Shown here: one piece after another, positions 61,222-64,000 of the stretch
How positions within the stretch are numbered: position 1 is the stretch's first letter
How the letters are laid out: the number at the start of each line of letters is the position of its first letter
Assembly (NCBI GenBank): GCA_964270895.1
Contig: OZ185435.1
Strand: one strand, 5' to 3'
Source: Podarcis filfolensis
Taxonomy: Eukaryota
Length of the DNA stretch: 64,000 nucleotides
Position numbers and translations under genes: made by a program
The notes under the pieces: model-generated
What the model was told of the DNA's origin: nothing
Seen by the model: the letters and a program-made list of their open reading frames with translations, nothing else
The model's database searches: none

Positions 61222-62807
61222 GAAAGGCCCAGATCAGTTCTCAAAGTTGGTTTTTTTATCATTATTTTCATTATTTGACATTTTGCGCTGACTTCTTTGA
61301 TCTTCCCCTTTGCCAAGGCACACAAAGAAAAACAGCATCCAAGGACAAGCCCAACTGCACATATGGCGCAGTGAAAAATATGCTTATATACTTTTAGCGT
61401 ATTATCTCGTAGCCGCTATCTGACAATTGAGGGTGAGGGAGTATTGTAAAGTCATATTCTATAGCAGGCATAATGCTTATCAGTTTATTTTCCTTTGACC
61501 TTCTGCCTTAGAAAATTAATTCACTTGAGCTCTCCTCACAACTCAGAACATTAGGAGGGGGAAAAATAATGTTAGCGCTAGTGAATATAATCTCTGCAGG
61601 AAAGCTGTGCAATTATTCAATGGCCTAATCTTATCTCTTGTTTCATTTTTTTTATGGCAAGTCTCCATTTAAACACATTAGATATACTGGGCTATTGCCC
61701 TGCACCTTCAAAGCACAGTAAATAAATGCAGCTAAGTGCCACCAAGAGTGAAAGAGCTTATAATGAGAAGTGTGAATAGACGGGGGTGCCATTCATCATT
61801 CTGTTCAGTCCAATATTGGGGCTCTTTTTATCAGCAGTATCCGTAGTAGTGTCATCACCTCTGGTATAAATCTTCTGTCAGTGTCTGTCGTCTCGGCACC
61901 CTATTAAACCCATGCTCTCATATAATCACCAAATGACCTTTGGATGTCTTTCATTAACCCCTGACCTAAACCTTGCCAGTGTCTTGTTGGTAGGTAAATC
62001 TATGACATGACATTTGCCTATAACCCTACATTTATCTCCATTTATTAATTTGTGCTTTTTCAGTGACTGCTCCCAAGCCGAAACCTGGTAAGGGTTTTAG
62101 ATAACAGTGGCTTTCGTGGTTTTGAATTGAATAGGCTCTTTAAGCTTATTAAACGTGTACGTTTCATTCTTAACGGAATATTCTCGATGACGGTGCTAGT
62201 ATCCCCTCGCCCCAATAAATCAAGAAATCTTTTTCTTGGTGGTGAAAGATGCCCAATTACTTCTATTTGTCAAAGTGGAGATTTTCTTTACAAAACAAAA
62301 GGCGTTGTCTGCTGGAAGTTCTTCTGAGCAACTTGGATTTCAGTGAATGGGAATTGTGCAAGAGCACCACTCAGGGTGTTCAGCTTGGTTCAGCTTAAAT
62401 TGTGCAGCTGTGACACAGCTCAATCTAAAATGGCAGACTCAAGAAGCACCCATTTGTTTCTTTGCTCCATTTGCTGGTATTTATTTATTTTCAAGTTTTG
62501 ATTACAGGAGGTAGGCAGCCTGATCCCATGCAGTGTTAGACGCACGTACACCTACATTGGTTAACGAGTTGTTGTTGTTGCTGACGACACACGTACACCT
62601 ACATTGGTTAACAAATAGTAGTTGTTGTTGTTAGCTACTTACTCTTCACCAGAAAGTTGCAGCGCAGGCTATAGCAATATAAAATGCAATATTGAGAATA
62701 GTTTAAAACAAATCGCAGTCACATGTCTCCTAAAAATATCTCTCAGCTATGAAAGGCCAGGCTAAAGAGGTGCATCTTGAGAACAGAGGGAAAGCTGTAA
62801 ATGAAGA

Positions 62808-62846
<39 letters not shown>

Positions 62847-63337
62847 TTTATTATTTATATGCTGCCCATGTCAATGAAATTTTCAATTTCATTGTTCTGC
62901 ATGGGACAATGATAATAAAGATATCTTATCGTATGTGATTGGGTTGCCCCAAGCACTCTCAATGGCTCCTAACAGAATATTAAAAACACAAGAAACACCA
63001 CTGTGGACAGTGAATTCCACAATTTAGGGGTACCAGAAAGAATGTCCTCTCCTGGGTCACCCTGTCTCCGAACCTCTGAGGGCCCCATGAACACATTTCT
63101 TTGTGATTAGGGAGGTGTGGGCCAAGCCAGGTGCATGTTTATTCACAGTCCCATCCCACCCGTGAGGCAAGCTGCCTCAGATGGCAGGAACCACAGGCAG
63201 TAGATCTCAATGTAGATCTTTATTCCCCACTAGTTCCCAATGTAGACCATTACTCACCCTTTTTTCCCTGATGGGGAGGGGTGCCAAAAATATCTTTGGC
63301 TGGCCGTGTTTATTCATCAGCTAAACCTGTGTGAATA

Positions 63338-63550
63338 NNNNNNNNNNNNNNNNNNNNNNNNNNNNNNNNNNNNNNNNNNNNNNNNNNNNNNNNNNNNNNN
63401 NNNNNNNNNNNNNNNNNNNNNNNNNNNNNNNNNNNNNNNNNNNNNNNNNNNNNNNNNNNNNNNNNNNNNNNNNNNNNNNNNNNNNNNNNNNNNNNNNNNN
63501 NNNNNNNNNNNNNNNNNNNNNNNNNNNNNNNNNNNNNNNNNNNNNNNNNN
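63338..63550. other. N-run (213 nt)
   Basis: Read directly. Confidence 1.
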
Positions 63551-64000
63551 TAGCAAGACTAACAATAAAAATTAATGGGTGTGGATTTGAGAGGATTCCA
63601 AGTATGAAATTAAACACAGGTTGCATGATCAGAAAAGGGTGAGCTGTGCATGACTAATGCCTGGCCTACAGATAAACAAAGAACTCTAGCCTTTCCAACT
63701 GACTATCCGGTAATCTTTCATAAATGATAAAATAAGCCAATGCAACTCAAATTGTGTATTCTGCCTCTATAGCTGGCGATGTGAGCTGATGATTTGATGC
63801 TACAGCTGTTTCTTTATCTTTACTCTCTAACATGTCAGCCTCGTTGAAAAACCAATTTTATATGACTTATCTCTTGTAGGCTGCACTCTTGCCGAGTTGC
63901 TGGAACTGTTAGCCGTGTGCTGTCTCCCTTTATGCACAACCATGTTCCTACACACTGGACATTACCAGCTTTGATTACAACCCTTTTGCATACGCATTGG

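Noticed and set aside
32500-64000. Expected syntenic neighbour INSIG2 or another coding gene
   Set aside because: No INSIG-like peptide (e.g. WWVPPCCG), second CpG island or exon chain was found by eye. The N-runs could hide sequence, and tBLASTn would be decisive.

Overview
This is vertebrate (squamate) genomic DNA. The repeat repertoire (Sauria SINE, Squam3-type SINE, BovB, L2, CR1, Tc1/mariner and hAT MITEs) points to a lacertid lizard such as Podarcis. The left half carries CCDC93 (CCC/Commander endosomal recycling complex) on the minus strand. I mapped 18 coding exons by hand from the ATG at 31991 to 1096. All have GT-AG boundaries and consistent phases, and they splice to 1477 nt of open frame (492 codons + 1 nt). 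The gene continues off the left edge. Its CpG-island promoter lies at ~31.7-32.45 kb. The right half (32.5-64 kb) has no recognisable protein-coding exon. It is intergenic DNA with many TE fragments, several repeat-free blocks that look like conserved non-coding elements, and four short N-runs that fall inside those blocks. I did not find a convincing novel biological system. The best leads are: (i) N-runs that may hide highly conserved elements, (ii) a divergent set of CTCF-like motifs around the CCDC93 5' end, (iii) a cryptic stop-containing micro-exon next to a (UG)17 tract, (iv) apparent absence of a short exon present in human CCDC93, (v) a minisatellite built from AGTTCA direct repeats, and (vi) several clean nested TE insertions. 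Family names and the human protein comparison come from recall, not from database searches.
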